From Thermoplasmata archaeon (GTDB lineage Archaea; Thermoplasmatota; Thermoplasmata; Lutacidiplasmatales; UBA184), in the NCBI GenBank assembly GCA_030043855.1, contig JASHWW010000006.1, positions 1 through 41,803 on the forward strand: DNA of 41,803 nt, given 5' to 3'. This document shows positions 39,191 to 41,803 of the stretch, piece by piece. The first letter of the stretch is position 1, and every line of letters starts with the position of its first letter. The notes below the pieces were generated by a model, which was not told the origin of the DNA, did not search any database, and saw only the letters and a program-made list of their open reading frames with translations. The position numbers and the translations under genes were made by a program.

Positions 39191-39991
39191 TTACGGCGAT
39201 TTCGTCTCGGCCGCCGGAACCGGCGGGCCGGCCATGCCGCCCTGCGTGATCAGGGAGTAGATCCGGTCCGTCAGGTCGTAGAACGGGGTCGATTTCCGGT
39301 CGCGCGGGCGGGGCAGGTCGACGTCGATCGCCTCGAGCACGTGCCCGGGCCGGCGCGACAGCACGATCACCCGGTCCGCGAGCTGGATCGCCTCCTCGAT
39401 GTTGTGGGTCACGAGGATGACCGCCTCCGGCGGCAGCGCCGGGTCCCGCCACAGCTGCAAGATCTCCTCCCGGAGGCTCTCCGCGGTGAGGGCGTCGAGG
39501 GCGCTGAACGGCTCGTCCATCAGCAGGACCGCGGGCTCGACGGCGAGCGCCCGGGCGAGCCCCACCCGCTGTCGCATGCCGCCCGACAGCTCCCGGGGGT
39601 ACGCCTCCTGGAAGCCATCGAGCCCCGTGACCGAGACGTACCGCTCCACCTGGCTGCCGATCTTCTCCTTCGGCCAGTCGAGCGCCTCGAGCCCGAAGGC
39701 GACGTTCTGGGAGACCGTCAGCCACGGGTAGAGCGCGAAGCTCTGGAAGACCATCGCCATCTGCGTGCAGACGCCGGCGACGGGCTGGCCCCGGAACGAG
39801 ATCGACCCCGCCGTCGGCCGGTCGAGTCCCTGGATGAGGCGGAGGAGGGTCGACTTTCCGCACCCGGAGGGACCGACGATCGCCACGAAGTCGGCGTCCT
39901 TGACGTCGAACGTGATGTCCTGCATGATGGCGATCGTCCCGTGGCGGGACGCGAAGCTCTTGTCGACGTGCTCGATCCGGATCAGGGCCAT
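39191..39991 (-). CDS. ABC transporter ATP-binding protein (nitrate/sulfonate/taurine NitT/TauT family)
   Basis: Walker A GPSGCGKST, Q-loop MVFQSFALYPW, signature LSGGMRQRV, Walker B LLMDEPFSALD. Confidence 0.95.
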   Translation of the reverse strand: MALIRIEHVDKSFASRHGTIAIMQDITFDVKDADFVAIVGPSGCGKSTLLRLIQGLDRPTAGSISFRGQPVAGVCTQMAMVFQSFALYPWLTVSQNVAFGLEALDWPKEKIGSQVERYVSVTGLDGFQEAYPRELSGGMRQRVGLARALAVEPAVLLMDEPFSALDALTAESLREEILQLWRDPALPPEAVILVTHNIEEAIQLADRVIVLSRRPGHVLEAIDVDLPRPRDRKSTPFYDLTDRIYSLITQGGMAGPPVPAAETKSP

Positions 39992-40030
39992 CGTCCGTCC
40001 CTTCCGTCCGCGCGCGTCCCGGGACCGGGC

Positions 40031-41737
40031 TCAGTCGTACCGGTACTGCTCGGCCGCCCGGCGGTAGAGCGGCTTCCACAAAAGCTCGTTGATGGCGATC
40101 ACCGTCGCGACCAGTGCGAACAGCGCCGCGACCATCAAGGGATAGCCGGCGGGCGCCCGCGCGTAGCCGATGTCGATCATCTGCCCGACGCCGAGCACGC
40201 TGAGGGAGTTGTGGGTCCCGACCTGAAGGTACTCCGCCACGATCAGCGTGTTCCATCCGCCGCCGAACGCGGTGATCGACCCCGTCACGAGGGCGGGGAA
40301 GATCCCCGGGAACAGGACCCGCCGGAAGAACTGCCGGCCCTTGAGCCCGTACGACCGGGCCGCCTCCTCGAGGTCCGGCGCGAGGCTGCGGACGCCGGAG
40401 AGGAGGTTGAAGAACAGGTACCAGAGCATCCCGGTCATCAGCATCAGGATGGCCGCCCCGTTCGGCGTCAGGTACGGGACCAGGACGAAGATGATGACCG
40501 GGAACAGCGCGGTCGCGGGGAACGACGCGATCACCTCGATCACGGGGAGGCCGACGCGCGAGGCGTGGGGCCGACGGGCAATCAGGACCGCGAGCGGGAG
40601 CGCGATCGCGAAGCAGATCGCGTAGGCGGCCGCGACCCGTCCGGTCGAGGCGGCGACCGCGAACGGCACCTGCAGGAGGTCGGTCCGGACCCACGGCGCG
40701 ATCGGGCCCGTGAAGATGTGGAAGACGGCGACCGTGATCGCGATGATGATGAGCCAGACGCTGACGAGGATCGCGCCGAGGGCGACGTAGTAGAAGGCGG
40801 AGCGCTGGAAGGGGGTCGGCTTGCGGACGGGGCGGACGGTGATCGCGGCGAGCTGGACGAGGGGCGTCGTCACGCGGACCACGCCGGAGCGGACCCCCCG
40901 CGTCACGTAGGCGGCGGCCCGTCGGAACCGGCTGCTCGGGTCGCGGTTCGGCCCGGCGATCTCGCCCTCCCCGCTCGGGGAGGTGTCGTAGCGGAACCGC
41001 TCGGCCCAGCGACCGAGGGGGCGCCAGACGGCGAAGTCGAGCAGGGCGATGACGAGGATCAGCATCAGGAGCCCTGCGACGAACTTCTCGGTGTTCCCCG
41101 AGCTGGCGGCGAACGAGAGGTAGCTCCCGATGCCGGGGAGCGCCCGCGAGTTCGTCGTGAAGATCTCCGCCTCGACGAGGAAGAACCAACCGCCCGTCCA
41201 CGACAGGACCGAGTTGTAGACCAGCCGATTGACCGTCGCGGGGAACAGCACCCGACGGAACCGCTGCCATCCCCGGACGCCGAACGTGTCGGCCGCCTCC
41301 CGCAGTTCGGCCGGCAGCGTCTTCAGCGACTCGTAGACGCCGAAGACCATGTTCCAGGCCATCGAGGTGAAGATGAGGAAGACCGACGCGATGTTCGGAC
41401 CGAGCCACGAGCCCGGCCCGGTCAGGTTGACGAAGAAGACGATCGCGACCGGGAAGAACCCGAGGATCGGGACCGACTGGAGGATGTCGAGGACCGGGAT
41501 CATCACCCGTTCGCCGGTCGTGTGCGACGCGGCGTAGTACCCGTACGCGAGCGAGAAGCCGAGCGACGCCGCGTACGCGGCGAGCATCCGCAGGAACGAG
41601 TACGAGACGTCGACCGCGGCGGTCGGAAGGTACGGCAGCAATCCGGTGAAGCTCAGACCGAACGTCGCCGCGCCGGCGAGGCCGACGAACAGCGGGATGC
41701 CGAGGTAGATCGCTACCGAGCGGGTGGCCGACGGCAT
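40031..41737 (-). CDS. fused double-domain ABC permease (two BPD_transp_1-like halves, NitT/TauT family)
   Basis: A 568-aa protein with about 12 TM segments and two EAA-like loops (LREAADTFGVRGWQRFRRVLFP and LEEAARSYGLKGRQFFRRVLFP). The frame stays open upstream to the window edge, so the start is not certain. A different frame shows a possible stop (41781-41783) of an upstream gene. Confidence 0.9.
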   Translation of the reverse strand: MPSATRSVAIYLGIPLFVGLAGAATFGLSFTGLLPYLPTAAVDVSYSFLRMLAAYAASLGFSLAYGYYAASHTTGERVMIPVLDILQSVPILGFFPVAIVFFVNLTGPGSWLGPNIASVFLIFTSMAWNMVFGVYESLKTLPAELREAADTFGVRGWQRFRRVLFPATVNRLVYNSVLSWTGGWFFLVEAEIFTTNSRALPGIGSYLSFAASSGNTEKFVAGLLMLILVIALLDFAVWRPLGRWAERFRYDTSPSGEGEIAGPNRDPSSRFRRAAAYVTRGVRSGVVRVTTPLVQLAAITVRPVRKPTPFQRSAFYYVALGAILVSVWLIIIAITVAVFHIFTGPIAPWVRTDLLQVPFAVAASTGRVAAAYAICFAIALPLAVLIARRPHASRVGLPVIEVIASFPATALFPVIIFVLVPYLTPNGAAILMLMTGMLWYLFFNLLSGVRSLAPDLEEAARSYGLKGRQFFRRVLFPGIFPALVTGSITAFGGGWNTLIVAEYLQVGTHNSLSVLGVGQMIDIGYARAPAGYPLMVAALFALVATVIAINELLWKPLYRRAAEQYRYD

Positions 41738-41803
41738 CGTCCCCGTCGGCGGCCCGTCGGTGGTCGCTCGGGCCGTGGGGTTACCGCCGGAGGGCGACGG
41801 ACC

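Noticed and set aside
1-41803. CRISPR arrays, tandem DNA repeats, IS elements, integrases and prophage or defence-island hallmarks.
   Set aside because: I found no regularly spaced direct repeats and no transposase, integrase, RT, Cas or restriction-type motifs in any frame that I read. This was a by-eye scan only, so a repeat finder should confirm it.

Overview
This is a high-GC window (roughly 70% by eye) that is densely coding and almost certainly archaeal. Four lines of evidence support that. (1) TATA-like boxes (TATAAG, TTTAAGG, TTAAG) sit 22-35 nt upstream of many start codons, so many transcripts look leaderless or short-leadered. (2) Several regulator families are typical of archaea: TrmB, HTH_10/Bat-like, and a DUF835-like domain. 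(3) MoaA is the archaeal type. (4) The tRNA lacks an encoded CCA. Proteins are Arg-rich rather than acidic, so this is not a haloarchaeon. A high-GC Thermoplasmatota-like lineage is my guess only.

I call 55 protein-coding genes and one tRNA-Ala(CGC). Two of the CDSs are absent from the supplied ORF track: a partial prenyltransferase-repeat gene running off the left edge, and a 58-aa CDGSH iron-sulfur protein.

Much of the content has a stress, redox or cofactor flavour: tryptophanase-family lyase, cyclophilin, RNase HI, an ACE-like M2 peptidase, HtrA, MoaA, MsrA, OsmC, dodecin, RibA, quinone oxidoreductase, GST, CDGSH and FMN reductase. There are also two ABC transporters, a DEAD-box helicase, a two-component system, and many small membrane or zinc-ribbon proteins of unknown function. 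I saw no rRNA, CRISPR array, transposase, integrase or obvious prophage, and no recognisable defence system.

The candidates I consider most worth follow-up are:
- the pseudo-receiver / double-PAS kinase / REC-DUF835-like-wHTH signalling cassette (33.4-36.5 kb);
- an apparently cytosolic ACE-like peptidase;
- an HTH_10-linked three-gene module with tandem palindromic operators (23.7-26.0 kb);
- a small Lys-rich protein, a Pro-rich micro-ORF and a cytoplasmic HtrA in one operon;
- a membrane zinc-ribbon protein coupled to RNase HI.

None of these is proven novel. All family assignments come from motif recognition by eye and need HMM or BLAST confirmation. Most long ORFs in the track are alternate-frame artefacts of the high GC content.
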